Source: Octopus vulgaris
Lineage: Eukaryota
Assembly: GCA_951406725.2 (NCBI GenBank)
Contig: OX597815.1
Span: 151,094,001-151,158,000 of the forward strand
DNA length: 64,000 nucleotides
Direction of reading: 5' to 3'
In this document: one piece after another, positions 16,620-29,470 of the stretch
Position numbering within the stretch: position 1 is the stretch's first letter
How the letters are laid out: each line of letters starts with the position of its first letter
Translations under genes and position numbers: made by a program
The notes under the pieces: generated by a model
What the model saw: only the letters and a program-made list of their open reading frames with translations
Databases searched by the model: none
What the model was told of the DNA's origin: nothing

Positions 16620-17345
16620 TCCTCCGTGCCTGCCATGCACTCTCTCATTCTCTTTCTTACCATTCCTCAACTTCACTCATTCTCTCTTGTATCTATATAC
16701 CGCCCTCTTTCTCTCTCTCTCTCTCTCTGTTACTCCCCCTCCCTCTCTCTGCCTCTTTCCTCTCCGCTCCTTCACAGGTCAAACCCCTTTTCCTCTTCCC
16801 CTTCTGTCCCCTTATTTCTTTCTCTACACCACCCTCCCTGTCCCTTTACTACACTCTGTTGCGCCCCCTCTCTTCCTCTTCCCCCCTTTTTCCTTCCTAC
16901 CTTTCCTCTCCCTGTTCCCTCTAAGGCTCACCACCCCCCTGTCTCTTTTTTCCTCTCTCTGTCTCCTTCCTCCACACCACCCTCTCTGTCCCTTTACTTC
17001 ACTCCCTGGTACCTCTATCCTGCCCTCTCTCTCTCTCCCTCTCCATTTCATCTCTCTCTTCCTCTCCATTTTATCTCTCCGCCTTTCTTCTCCCTGCCCC
17101 CCCTAGGGTCCACCCTCTTGTCTCACTTTTCCACCCTGTCCCTTTCTACTACACCTCTATCCCGCTCACTCTCCCCTGCTGACCTGCCATTCTCTCACCT
17201 TTCTCTTTTTTCCCTCTTATTTTCTCTCTTTCTCTCTTCTCTCAGGAAAATCCCCTCGTCTCTCTCTCTATCCCCCCTGGCTTTTCTCCTTTCTCTTCTC
17301 CCTCTCCATATCTCTCCTTCTCTATCTCTCTCTCTGTTCCTATAT
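16620..17345 (+). repeat. ~720 bp polypyrimidine tract in the LINE 5'UTR
   Basis: Plus strand is strongly C/T-biased. Confidence 0.9.
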
Positions 17346-17359
17346 TTCACTAGAAGAAA

Positions 17360-18255
17360 ATGGCAAGAAACTGGTCTGCGAGAGAGGTGCAATTGTTCGT
17401 CCGCGCTTGGAAGATCGCTGAGGACGACTCGCCAAACGAAATTATTGCTGCGGCGCTGAAAAGCAACAATTTTTCGAGAACCACCGCCCAGATAGAGCGA
17501 AAGAAGAGAGAAGTTATCCGTTCGTACGCTCTAATCAGGCAACATGTGGACACCCTGGACATCATCCTGGGAGGTGACGGCAGCAGGGAGGGCCAAAAGG
17601 ATGAGGAAAGCATCCAGAGCCAAATGGAGAAGCCTGGAACACAGGGAAACGATGACACATGTCCAGCTTCCAACACCACAACTGAAGACCAAAGAGGTGC
17701 GATGGCCGCAAGAAAGGAAAGGCACCCTGGAATTGATGGGAAGCAGGAGGTAAAGGGTGACAGAATCAAGGCTAAAGGAAGCCCTGTCCAGAGAAAGCAG
17801 AGGGACCCCAGCAAAAACTGTAAGGGCAGGGAAAGAAACACCTGCAAATTCTACCTGAGGGGGACTGCTGGTACGGCGTTGAAGGTGCAAACTGTCGCTT
17901 TGCACATCGGAGGCCCTACCAAAACCGCACGGACGCGAGACAGAGGTCCCTCCCTCAGGGAGAACAAAAACAAAAAGTTAAAAGAAGGGAAAAAAGCGCA
18001 CTGACCACTACTGAAAGACGGTATGCAGATGTGGTGCGCGGAAACCCAACAGGTGGCCAGCTTCACCCAGATGTGAGAAGGGCGGCAGCTGAACAGCAGT
18101 CTTTTTTGTGCATGGCACAAAAAATTGTTCAGCAGCTGACCTGGCTACAAGCACAAAGCTGGAACTACCACCACATAAGGCCACCTCCAACAGATGCAGG
18201 ATGGCCACCACAGACACCAACACCAACACACACACCACAAAAATATTTCTACTGA
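17360..18255 (+). CDS. LINE ORF1: Myb/SANT-like N-terminus + CCCH zinc finger (1-nt frameshift at G-run 17859-17863)
   Basis: Track ORFs 17360-18004 and 18031-18255 join into 298 aa if one G is added. The joined frame reads CKFYLRGDCWYGVEGANCRFAH and later RYADVV. Confidence 0.75.
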
Positions 18256-21212
18256 ATGTAGGAGGGCTGCTGCGCGGAAACTGTAAAAAGAAAATTTCAT
18301 TCCTGAGAGACCTTGTGACATGCAATCAAGCTATATGCATGGCACTCACAGAAACGCATCTTGAACCCGATATAGGTGATGCAGAAATACACATGCCGCA
18401 ATATGCAGTCATACGCACAGATAGAAAAGGGAGGAGCCATGGTGGAGTTGCAATGTACATCCGAGATGACCTCACGCCCCAGGTCCTGCTGTCATATTCA
18501 AACTCAGTATGTGAAACTCAAATTGTACACATAAGACAACTGAATATCGTCATATGCACTACATATCGCCCACCAGACGCCCCAAAACACTCAGGCATGT
18601 TTGAAGACTGCCTAACAAAAATAGGAGAAGTCCTCACCAACCTTGAACAGCACAACAGTGTATTCTTCATGGGTGACTTTAACCTCCCCAATGTGGAATG
18701 GCCTGGGGGGCAGATGCTCCCAGGGATGACACACCATCAGCAGGCACAGGTGGAGTCCCTGCTCCATCTCACAAATACCTCTTTCATGGAGCAAATAGTT
18801 CTGCAACCAACAAGGGCAGATAATATACTGGATCTCTGCTTTACAAACAATATGGATATTATCCATAATGTTAATGTGATGCCGACAATGATCTCGGATC
18901 ACAACATAATAGAGCTGTCTACGTATGGAACAAAAGCCCCCGCAGACACACAGCCTATACGAAGCACCCACCATCTCTCCAACTTAAACTTTCATAAAGC
19001 CAACTGGAAGTCGATTGAGAAAGAGATCCTCAAACAGGATTGGCCTGAATGTCTCTCCACACCGGACATAAACATGAAACACAAACACTTCATGTCCATA
19101 ATACAAGCCATATGTGACAAATATGTCCCAATGTGCAGGGCCAGCACACACAAGAATAGAAACAGGATCCCTAGAGAAAGGAGGATTCTTATGAGACGAC
19201 GGACAAGGATTGCAAACCGCCTGAGCAAGCACACCAAAAGTGGTGAGAAGTCTCGGCTCGAAAGAATGCTAATGGAAACTGAGAAAAGTCTACATCAGTC
19301 CCATGAAAAGGAGAGAGCAGATAAAGAAGCTTGGGTAATAGAAAATATAAAATCAAACCCTAAAGCTTTCTTTAAGTTTGCCAAAGAGACAGCCACAGTG
19401 CACCAGAGAATAGGACCTCTCTTCCAAAAAGATGGCTCTCTCACAGGAAATCCCACGAGGATAAGTGAAATACTGAACGAACAGTTCCAAAGTGTATTCA
19501 CTACACCTCTAGGACACAGGCAAGTAAACAACCCAGAAGAATTCTTTGCCACTTTACCAGCGGCCAAAGAGACAAAAATTGAGTACATCAACATCGAAGA
19601 AGATGATATCACACTAGCCATTGATGAGATTGACACAAACTCAGCTGCTGGACCTGATGGATTCCCAGCGATCCTTCTCAAATCGTGCAAACGAGCCCTT
19701 GCAAAACCGCTACAGCTTCTTTTTCAGAGCTTTCTTGCAAGTGGTAAGCTCCCAGTCAAACTGAAAGAGGGGGTAATATGCCCTATCCATAAGGGAGGTA
19801 GCAGAGCAGATGCTAAAAATTATAGGCCTATCTCTCTGACCTCACACATCAGCAAAGTCATGGAACGAATAGTCCGTAAGAAACTAATCATGTTCCTTGA
19901 AGAAAATGACTTACTGTCTGACACCCAGCATGGATTTCGACCAGGTAGAGGCTGCCTAACACAGCTCCTGCAACACTATGACTGGGTGTTGAAACAGCTA
20001 CTAAATGGCTCAAATGTGGATGTAATATATCTTGACTTTGCAAAAGCCTTTGATAAAGTCGACCATGGTATGATCTGTCACAAACTGCGTGGTCTCGGCA
20101 TAGGCGGGAAACTTGGAGAGTGGCTGCACAACTTCCTAAAAGACAGAAAACAGGCAGTTGTGAGCAATGGAGCCACCTCCAGGGAAACGCAAATAACAAG
20201 CGGTGTCCCACAGGGCACTGTCTTGGGGCCACTGATGTTCATAGTGGCCCTTTCAGACATGCCTTCAGTTGCTACGATGACCACCCTTGCTAGCTATGCA
20301 GATGACACAAAGGTCTCCCACGCAATACAGAACCCTGAAAATATTGCGCATCTGCAACATGAGCTGGACACAATATACAGGTGGGCTGAGGACAACAACA
20401 TGCAGTTTAATGCAGGTAAGTTCCAGGCCCTGCGCTACTGGCACACAAAGGTAAATGACGTGAAGACTGGATACACTGGCCCAGGAAGAATTGCAATCCC
20501 TGAGTCAAAATCAGTGCGTGACCTGGGCATTGACATGAGCAATGATGCATCTTTCCAAATGCATATTGCTAATCTGGTGATAAAATGCAGACGGCTAGCT
20601 GGATGGATTCTCCGAACTTTCAGAACAAGAGAGAAGGAGACACTGATGGTCCTATGGAAAACATTTGTCCTCAGCCGCTTGGACTACTGCTCCCAACTTT
20701 GGTCACCACACAATATAAAACAAACAGCAGAACTCGAAGCAACTCAGAGAAGCTACACAAAGAAAATCGTCTCAATGCAAAATGTCAGCTACTGGGAAAG
20801 ACTGAAGGTATTAAACCTCTTCTCCCTGGAGCGGAGGCGGGAGAGATATGCAGTAATATACATCTGGAAAATCCTGGAGGGTCTTGTCCCAAACTTTGGC
20901 ATTCAAAGTTACTCCAACCGCAGAACGGGGCGCCGCTGCGTGGTGCCAAGGATTCCAACATCACCATCAAAATACAGGTCCAGATACTGCAACAGCTTGG
21001 GTTTCAGAGGACCACAGCTTTTCAACATCCTCCCTAAATGCCTGAGAGACTTACATGGTGTGGATGTGGGTTTCTTTAAAACTAAACTGGATCTCTTCTT
21101 GTTGGGAGTCCCAGATGAACCTACCTCACGACAGGAGACACGGATGCGGGCAGCAGCATCGAACTCCCTTGTTGATCAAGTGCCACGTATCAGAGGTGGA
21201 TTCACAAACTAG
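18108..21212 (+). CDS. LINE ORF2: AP endonuclease + reverse transcriptase, intact frame
   Basis: LNVGGL, LTETHL, GGVAMY, YRPP, GDFN, LDL and SDH (APE); [18 protein letters not shown] and YADD (RT). 1034 codons without a stop; likely ATG at 18201 overlapping the ORF1 end. Confidence 0.96.
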   Translation: MHGTKNCSAADLATSTKLELPPHKATSNRCRMATTDTNTNTHTTKIFLLNVGGLLRGNCKKKISFLRDLVTCNQAICMALTETHLEPDIGDAEIHMPQYAVIRTDRKGRSHGGVAMYIRDDLTPQVLLSYSNSVCETQIVHIRQLNIVICTTYRPPDAPKHSGMFEDCLTKIGEVLTNLEQHNSVFFMGDFNLPNVEWPGGQMLPGMTHHQQAQVESLLHLTNTSFMEQIVLQPTRADNILDLCFTNNMDIIHNVNVMPTMISDHNIIELSTYGTKAPADTQPIRSTHHLSNLNFHKANWKSIEKEILKQDWPECLSTPDINMKHKHFMSIIQAICDKYVPMCRASTHKNRNRIPRERRILMRRRTRIANRLSKHTKSGEKSRLERMLMETEKSLHQSHEKERADKEAWVIENIKSNPKAFFKFAKETATVHQRIGPLFQKDGSLTGNPTRISEILNEQFQSVFTTPLGHRQVNNPEEFFATLPAAKETKIEYINIEEDDITLAIDEIDTNSAAGPDGFPAILLKSCKRALAKPLQLLFQSFLASGKLPVKLKEGVICPIHKGGSRADAKNYRPISLTSHISKVMERIVRKKLIMFLEENDLLSDTQHGFRPGRGCLTQLLQHYDWVLKQLLNGSNVDVIYLDFAKAFDKVDHGMICHKLRGLGIGGKLGEWLHNFLKDRKQAVVSNGATSRETQITSGVPQGTVLGPLMFIVALSDMPSVATMTTLASYADDTKVSHAIQNPENIAHLQHELDTIYRWAEDNNMQFNAGKFQALRYWHTKVNDVKTGYTGPGRIAIPESKSVRDLGIDMSNDASFQMHIANLVIKCRRLAGWILRTFRTREKETLMVLWKTFVLSRLDYCSQLWSPHNIKQTAELEATQRSYTKKIVSMQNVSYWERLKVLNLFSLERRRERYAVIYIWKILEGLVPNFGIQSYSNRRTGRRCVVPRIPTSPSKYRSRYCNSLGFRGPQLFNILPKCLRDLHGVDVGFFKTKLDLFLLGVPDEPTSRQETRMRAAASNSLVDQVPRIRGGFTN

Positions 21213-21287
21213 TGTGGCTCATTCAGCGGTGGTGCCCCAGCATGGCCGCGGCCTTCGGGCTAAAACATTTTTAAGGATTTAAGGATT

Positions 21288-21506
<219 letters not shown>

Positions 21507-21628
21507 CGTTGCTAAACCCTTAATTACTTAGTATTAAAACTTTCCTCGAATGAGGCTTTTACATGCCGAAATCTACTTGGTGAAATTAATGATTATTCCA
21601 AATTAATTAATTTCACCCTATATTATTA

Positions 21629-21670
<42 letters not shown>

Positions 21671-21820
21671 TATATGAATGATGTGTTGTGAATTTGTGGA
21701 AAGGAATCCCATAAAACTCAACAATTTTCTTAAAAATGGAGAAGAGAAGATGTTAAAATATATAAGAGAATTTTAATTCATGCAGACGGTCGTTTCATAT
21801 CTAATTCAACCTTTTTACAT

Positions 21821-21851
<31 letters not shown>

Positions 21852-21864
21852 ATATATACATGAT

Positions 21865-22012
21865 GTGCGTCTTTCAGTTTCTGTCTACCAAATCCACTTT
21901 GGTTGGCCGGAGGCTATAGTAGAAAAGTGTCCCGAGGTGACATGCAGCGTGACTGAACTCAGAAACATGGGGTTGAGAAGCAAGCTTCTTATCACAAGGC
22001 CACGACCGCGCC
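21865..22012 (-). mobile_element. SINE family A, 5' part (degenerate)
   Basis: Reverse complement resembles the family A head and body. Confidence 0.7.
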
Positions 22013-23021
22013 CATGCATTCGTGTACATAGAAGATCAAAAAAGTATTTTGTAGATATCGTTCCATGCTAAATCAGATTCGTTAAAACAGATACAAAACT
22101 TTATACATTGGATATGCCTCGGAAATGAGTGGGAGTCGGGTTTAATGTGTAGAAACTAAACTACAAACTCATACATTCATTCACACACGTGCACACATGC
22201 ATATATAATATCCCACATACATCCAGATGACGTTTTAGATATTCATCTTTTTTTCTGGACCAATCAGAGACCAGTATTATCTCAGCCATTTTAGCTATAT
22301 AAACAGAAGTGAAGCTGTTTCCCTCTCTTTTCCTAGGCCAACATCAATACCACTGGAACCAACAGAGTATCCATTCCTTTGTAATGAACTTTCATGTCAA
22401 TTAGTCCTACATAATGTTTAAGCTGAATGAGAAATCATTTTGCTATATTTTCCAGTTTCCTGTAATAAGTATATTAATGTCTTTTGCAATTTATCTTCTC
22501 TAAACATGACACTGAAAGAGAGCATAAATTCAAGGACATGGACAAAACACTTTGTTTACATTGAATTTCACACGTGACATGAACATGAATGTATATATAA
22601 GTATTTTCTACAGCATATTTATACAACTTTACCTTTATTAATGTAATGTAACCCCTTTGCCTGGTCAATGCCTTATCGTAAGTTTTTCCTAAACGTTTGT
22701 GTCTGTTTTCAGACTTTTGATTAGGTCTTGTACCATTCAATAAGGTAATATAAATTTTTACTTTCATAGGTTCCAAATTACTCTGCTGATTGAAAAAAAA
22801 TTGGGAATGTGTATCATATACAAGGCTTGGACGCCAAGGAAATATGTCCTGTGAATCACGTGATACATGGGACAGCTAAATGGTTAAAACTTATGTTTCT
22901 CAGTATACATTGCTGGATCAAACTCATACTTTAACCCTGCCACGCCGTGACCCCGCTATACAGTAATAGATTACGCGTCATCTGCTGGATTCCCAGTAAA
23001 GCAGTAATAAACAACACACAT

Positions 23022-23660
23022 AAGGCGGCGAGCTGGCAGAAACATAAGCACGCCAGGCAAAATGCTTAGCATATTTCGTCTGCCGTTACGTTCTGAGTTC
23101 AAAATCCGTCGAGGTTGACTTTGCCTTTCATCCATTCGGGGTCAATTAAAGACGTACCAGTTACGCACTAGGGTCGATATAATCGACTTAATCCGTTTGT
23201 CCGTCCTTGTTTGTCCTCTCTGTGTTTACCCCCCTGTGGGTAGTAAAGAAATAGGTATTTCGTCTGTCTTTACGTTCTGAGTTCAAATCGCACGGAGGTC
23301 GACTTTGCCTTTCATCCTTTCGGGATTGATGAATTAAGTACCAGTTGCATACTGGAATTGATCTAATCGACTGGCTCCCTCCCCCAAAATTTCGGTCCTT
23401 GTGCTTAGAACAGAAAAGAATATGTATGTGATTGTTCAGTTTTATTTCAACTAGCAGAACCCACGTTAGCATGCCGGGCGAAATGCTTAGCAGTATTTCG
23501 TCTGTCTTTACGTTCTGAGTTCGAATCCCGCTGAGGTCGACTTTGCCTTTCATCCTTTCGCGGTCAATAAATTAAGTACCAGTTGCGTAGTGGGATCGAT
23601 CTAATCGACTGGCCTCTTCCTCCAAAATTTCGGTCCTTGTGCCTAGAGTAGAAAAGAATA
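23022..23660 (+). mobile_element. Three tandem SINE family B copies
   Basis: Repeated GTTCTGAGTTCAAAT..GAGGTCGACTTTGCCTTTCATCCTTTCGGGGTC..AAGTACCAGTT block. Confidence 0.85.
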
Positions 23661-24793
23661 AACAACGCACGTAGAAAAAGAAGATGCAGCCGATCTCGTC
23701 TATTAGTTTGCCTGCAATCATTACTCTTGAAATATATATACAAATACATACTTTTTTTCCCTCAGATCCCAGGTGGAGGGCAAAGTTAGACATCGCAGCT
23801 CAGGTCTGAGAGGTTTAACCACAAAAGAACACCAACGCTTTACTTTCAGTTATAGAATCACTTACACCAGTAGAGGATCAGCAATACAGCTGGTGGTCCA
23901 CAGGAAATAAAAGAGAACTATAATAATTAATTTATTGAAATTATCTCTGTGCATTCGTATTTTCTGTTCATACATATTCATTCACATCAACATATACAAA
24001 GAAATTGTCTTGTAGTGAAAGACATGTTAAGGGGGAAAAAACAATCTTTAGAACGAATTTCGCAGAAATTTTCATGAGTCCTGAATGGTTGTTTGCAAAC
24101 CAACTGCCTCGTCAGAAAGTTCCTGTAAGAGCAAGGAAGGACATTTACATTGTTGTACAAATTGAAATCCCAAACCTGCCAAACTTGTTCTATTAAGGTG
24201 CAAAAATCCTGGTTCCTCATCCAATCCGTAGACATAACAGCCCTTTCATAGCAGCAAGATTTTATGAGAAATGAAACTCAAACCTCATTCATCAAAAATA
24301 AAAGAAGACTAGTGAGAGCTAATGAGGTAGAGACAGATAATTGCACACACACATGCATACACATACACACACACGTGCACACACACATGCACAGCCACAC
24401 ATAGAGATATATAATTAGATAGAAAGATTATCAGGAAAAGAGAGACAGAGGAGGTAGGGTGAGAGAGACATGAAAGAAAAGTAAATTAAAATTTTAACAA
24501 AATAGAAGAGAATAAATAAAACAAGAGGGGTGAATATAAAAGCAAAAAATACATATACATATATATACACACACACACATACATTTATACATATATATAT
24601 ATGCACATACACACATATATATATACATACATATATGTGTGTATGTATATATATATATGTGTGTGTGTCTGGATATACAAATATATATGTATGTATACAT
24701 ATATATATGTAAATACATGTGTGTGTGCATGTGTGTATGTGTCTGTGTATATATGAGTGTGTGTGTATGTATATGTGTGTGCGTATGTGTATA

Positions 24794-24853
<60 letters not shown>

Positions 24854-24870
24854 CATACATACATACATAT

Positions 24871-24910
<40 letters not shown>

Positions 24911-25350
24911 TGAAACAAAATATAATTATCGGTCACACTTGAATAGATATGACTGAAGTTAAACTGGCAACCAGAATATGTTTACATCAGTCACTTGATA
25001 TCACTTAACCATCACTACCACATCCAGCCCTCCTCCTCTGCTAGAAACAGCAGCCAGTCACCACAAGACCCTACCCTACCCGACCCACCTACCACCATAC
25101 TTTCATTCTCCTTGTGCACATACATTTCAAAGAAAAAGTCAATTTTTTTTTTCCCTGATACTCAGTTCAAATGTTGCAAATTAAAAAAAAATTTTTTTTT
25201 GTTTATTTTTCGAAAAAAATAAAATAAAAATTAGTTGATTTGGGGGCGGGGGAGTTTGGTGTTGTAGTTCATGTTTGTTTTTGTTTGTATTTCTTCATTT
25301 TTGTTTTTCTTTTTTTGTTTGTTTTTTTTTAATTTTTGAATGACCGAATA

Positions 25351-25822
25351 TCAAAGACTCGGGAAATGATTTAGCAGCAAATTATTAGTTTTCATGAAGT
25401 TAACTAAGTCTTCTTTGTTCAAGAAAGAATCCTTTCTTTTCAAGAATCTGACTAATTTTTTACACACCAATCTCTGGCGTTTTTTCCGTTCCACTAGTTT
25501 CTGCCAGTGAGCTCTTGTCACCATTGCTCCTATGATTTGCACTGACGCTGGCAGCTGTTTACCAGCGCTATCAAGAAGTTTCCTCTTTACAACTGAATTT
25601 TCCAGGTGAGTCAGTCGCAGCTCAAGTCGTTTGATCTCCCTGCTGAGAACAGTTATTCGAATTAAGGCATTCTGTCGGTTAGTCTTTATACAGTGAGCTG
25701 TGCACTGCTGGGAACTGTCTGTCCATAAACTCACCGTGTGTGTGGCGTGATGAAGGACAAAGCGAATCAGGTTCGTCAGGGTCTTCGGCAAATCCTCCGA
25801 GTACACAACACTGTCTTCTTTC
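25351..25822 (-). CDS. Candidate terminal coding exon of an unknown host gene (156 aa)
   Basis: Pyrimidine tract TTTTTGTCTCTTTCCAG followed by a stop-free, non-repetitive, protein-like frame (KEDSVVYSEDLPKTL...NHFPSL*); no family recognised. Confidence 0.5.
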
Positions 25823-26079
25823 CTGGAAAGAGACAAAAACTGAAATTAACAATTTGAAACACAAATGGTGCTCCAGCATGACCACAGCCACCGGGCTGAA
25901 ATGCATAAAAGAATAAAAATATACAACTAAATATATAATACACACACACATATGATATAAACACATTATATACAGATATTCTTTAATAGCTTAAAATATT
26001 CTTTAATTGCGGATTTTCAACATTATCTTACGTTTCATGCATTATACAGTTCTATATTTGAAAGCTGAGGAATTCTGTA

Positions 26080-26622
26080 AATTATTTACATTATTTACAT
26101 TTGACAGATATTTGTCCTCATCTTGTTTGTTGTTAACACAATGTTTCAGCTGATGTACTCTCCAGCCTTCATCAGGTGTCCAAGGGGAATTTCAAACCTG
26201 AGTTCTTGTTCCTAAGGTATTTTCCCGATGTTATTATTATTACTATTATTATTATTATTCAGGTCACTGCCTGAAATTGAACTCAGGATCTTGGAATTAG
26301 TAGCCCGTGCTCTTAAGCACGACACCATATGCCCGTGGGCAATTATGGAGTGAATTTTAGGGCTCATAAATCTATTTTTCTATACTTCCTAAATACAGGT
26401 TTCCATATGCTACTCATATCTGCACTTGGTCTGCTTAAGAGGTTATTATGTCCTAGCATATGTGCTACCTCTTTTAGTTTTCATATTTTCTAGTGGTATT
26501 CTCTGTCTAATATTTTAATTCCCCCAGGACACCTGATGAAGGTTGGAGAGTACATCAGCCACCGAAACCTTCTGTTAACAATAAACAAGATGAGGACAAA
26601 TATCTGTCAAATGTAAATAATG
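26080..26622 (-). mobile_element. Penelope-like 3' fragment: GIY-YIG end + tRNA-like cassette + HHR pLTR, with inverted pLTR
   Basis: 26364-26519 minus reads IKILDREYH*KI*KLKEVAHMLGHNNLLSRPSADMSSIWKPVF; 26089-26190 is inverted against 26517-26622; HHR cores at 26135-26180 (-) and 26528-26576 (+). Confidence 0.8.
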
Positions 26623-26769
26623 TTCATGCATTATAGTTCACAAATTACAAGTGTTCCACTTTTAAAAAAATGATGGTAATCTGTATCAATATTGTTACCA
26701 TTGAAAAACTACAAATAAAGAAAATAGGGATGTTTGTGGCTTTCGTTACTTTGCTTTTATTTTTTTTAT

Positions 26770-27160
26770 TTTATTTTCTTTTACTTGTTTCAGTCATCTG
26801 ACTGCGGCCATGCTGGAGCACCACCTTTAGTCAAACAAATCGACCCCAGGACTTATTCTTTGTAAACCTAGTACTTATTCTATCAGTCTCTTTTGCCGAA
26901 CTGCTAAGTTACGGTGATGTAAACACACCAGCATCGGTTGTCAAGCGATGTTGGGAAACAAACACAGATACATAACATATACACATACATATATATATAC
27001 ATACATATATATGACAGGCTTCTTTCAGTTTCCGTCTACCAAATCCACTCACAAGGCTTTGGTTGGCCCAAGGCTTTGCCCAAGGTGCCACGCAGTGGGA
27101 CTGAACTTGGAACCATGTGGTTGGAAAGCAAGCTACTTACCACACAGCCACTCCTGCACC
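26770..27160 (-). mobile_element. SINE family A, full length
   Basis: tRNA-like head GGAGTGGCTGTGTGGTAAG..GTTCAGTCCC, internal (TA/TG) spacer, tail GGTGCTCCAGCATGGCCGCAGTC. Confidence 0.88.
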
Positions 27161-27164
27161 TACA

Positions 27165-27960
27165 ATTTATTGCAATTGTTTTCAAATTTGGTATATAGAT
27201 TAAGTTTTGTATACTAATTATGGAAATAAAATTCAGTTTTCTATAAGTCCATAATTAAAAAGTTATTAGCTTTTAAAATTTGCAAATTTTGGGTATTTTA
27301 GCCAATCAGAAGCGAGTATTTTACACATTATTGTGGCGCAAAGCTGTTTCCATAGTAATAAAAGATGCTGCGCATGTGCACAAGGAGGAGAAGGAGATAT
27401 GAGAAAGATAGTCTTCTTACTAGTATAATACTCTTCTGTTTTTCTTTGTCACGACATATGAATGAGAAAGGAAGGGGTGATAGATGAATAAGGAAGGAAG
27501 GGGTGATGGTAGTGGGAGCTTTTCAACTCTGTGTGAGAATGTGTGTGTATGTAAAAGGGAGGGATGTGAATGTTTGTGTGTGTGTGTGTGTGTATGTGTG
27601 TGTGCAACAGAAGTGAGATGGTGAACATTCAACGCTGAAGAGAAAAAATCAAACAGTGTTTCAACTCCGTTTGAGAATATGTGTATGTGTGTGTGTGTGT
27701 ATGTGCATGAACAAGGGAAGGAGCAATGTTTTAACATACTGATGCCCCCTGTCCCCACCCCTGATGATGGGAGAGGCAGCGAATGTGCTGTTTGCTGATT
27801 AGCTGAAAATTCTAAAAAATTATCATCCTTTGAATACCTGTAACATTTTTTGAATACCTGTAACATTTTTTGCAAAATTTTCTGGAGTAAATCAATAACA
27901 AATTCGGATTCAGCATCAAAACTTACATCTATATGATACATTAGAAATTCTTTTTAAAGA
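27165..27960. mobile_element. Possible MITE/DNA-transposon remnant
   Basis: Sub-terminal inverted segments (TTTTAGCCAATCAG vs CTGATTAGCTGAAA); the internal part recurs inverted at 30688-30825. Confidence 0.4.
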
Positions 27961-28057
27961 TAACTGTAAACAGTGACAAAACCCACAAAGATCTGAAAAT
28001 ATTTATCCACTTATGCAGTGGTGAGTACTCATTCTCACCGTTTACAATTAACATGAG

Positions 28058-28095
<38 letters not shown>

Positions 28096-28489
28096 GTGAT
28101 TCAAAAGTCGCCATACATAGGAACGATTTACCTTTTTACAAGAACAGTTCTTTTTTTTATTTAACAGGCTCTATATGGCTACCATTGTTTTGAATACACA
28201 TTGCAATACGTTTACCCCACCCAATGTGAACTCGTAATGGCACATCTGGTGATACCTGTGCAAAGGAGTTGGTGATGCATTCCTTCAAATGATTTATGTT
28301 TTATATCTTTTAGTGATACACCATGCCTTTCAAATGCCCTCAAAGACAATTTCTTACCAAACAACCACACAGATGACTTGTTTATAGTGATCAAATGCTT
28401 GTGTACACATAAGCTCACTCCCACCATCAAATCGACATTACCTGTACAGGTGCAACAGGTGACATATGTCAGATGTCGAAATGATCGCA

Positions 28490-28610
28490 GAGCAACACAA
28501 AATTAAGTACTTTGCTCAAGAACACAACGCAATGCCCAGTCTAGGAATCGAACCCACGATCTCGCAATCGTGAGTGCAACACCTTAACCACTAAGCCATG
28601 CACTTTCACA
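28490..28610 (-). mobile_element. tRNA-derived SINE family E, 5' part
   Basis: TGGCTTAGTGG..GGTTCGATTCC..GTGTTCTTGAGCAAAG; related to 45900-46245. Confidence 0.75.
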
Positions 28611-28954
28611 CATACATACACACACACATATATATTGTCTGTACATACATTAAGTGACTTTGCATTGACATAGCTAAGGTGGTCCCCACAGTCCAGTGTA
28701 TCAATATCAACATGTAAAGAGTGGAAAGTGTATTAATAGAAAATGAAAATTGTGAATTCTATATAAAACTGTAGTGCTGCCATCTCATGGCTTTTTTGTT
28801 TTCTTTCTTTCTATCCAATTATATTGTGTGTACTGCATTATAATGAGTTCCAATGGCTCTTAGCAGCAAATTCCATGATAAAAATATATGATCTGAATAA
28901 CTATGGAAGCTTTACAAGCAAATAAACTCAAACTTAAATTAAACGCATCACACA

Positions 28955-29470
<516 letters not shown>

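Larger units (their letters stand above)
15959..21287 (+). mobile_element. Probably full-length CR1-group LINE (~5.3 kb)
   Basis: Begins CAAGATGGCG right after a TA array (5' end inferred); long 5'UTR, ORF1, ORF2, 3'UTR with GGTGCCCCAGCATGGCC and (TTAAGGAT)2 tail, then (TA)n. Confidence 0.85.

Noticed and set aside
16626-17459. 277 aa Ser/Leu/Pro ORF and antisense Arg/Glu ORFs
   Set aside because: By-product of the polypyrimidine tract.
23866-23889. Possible 24 nt minus-strand microexon (CAG..GTAAGT)
   Set aside because: Splice motifs alone are too common to support a call.
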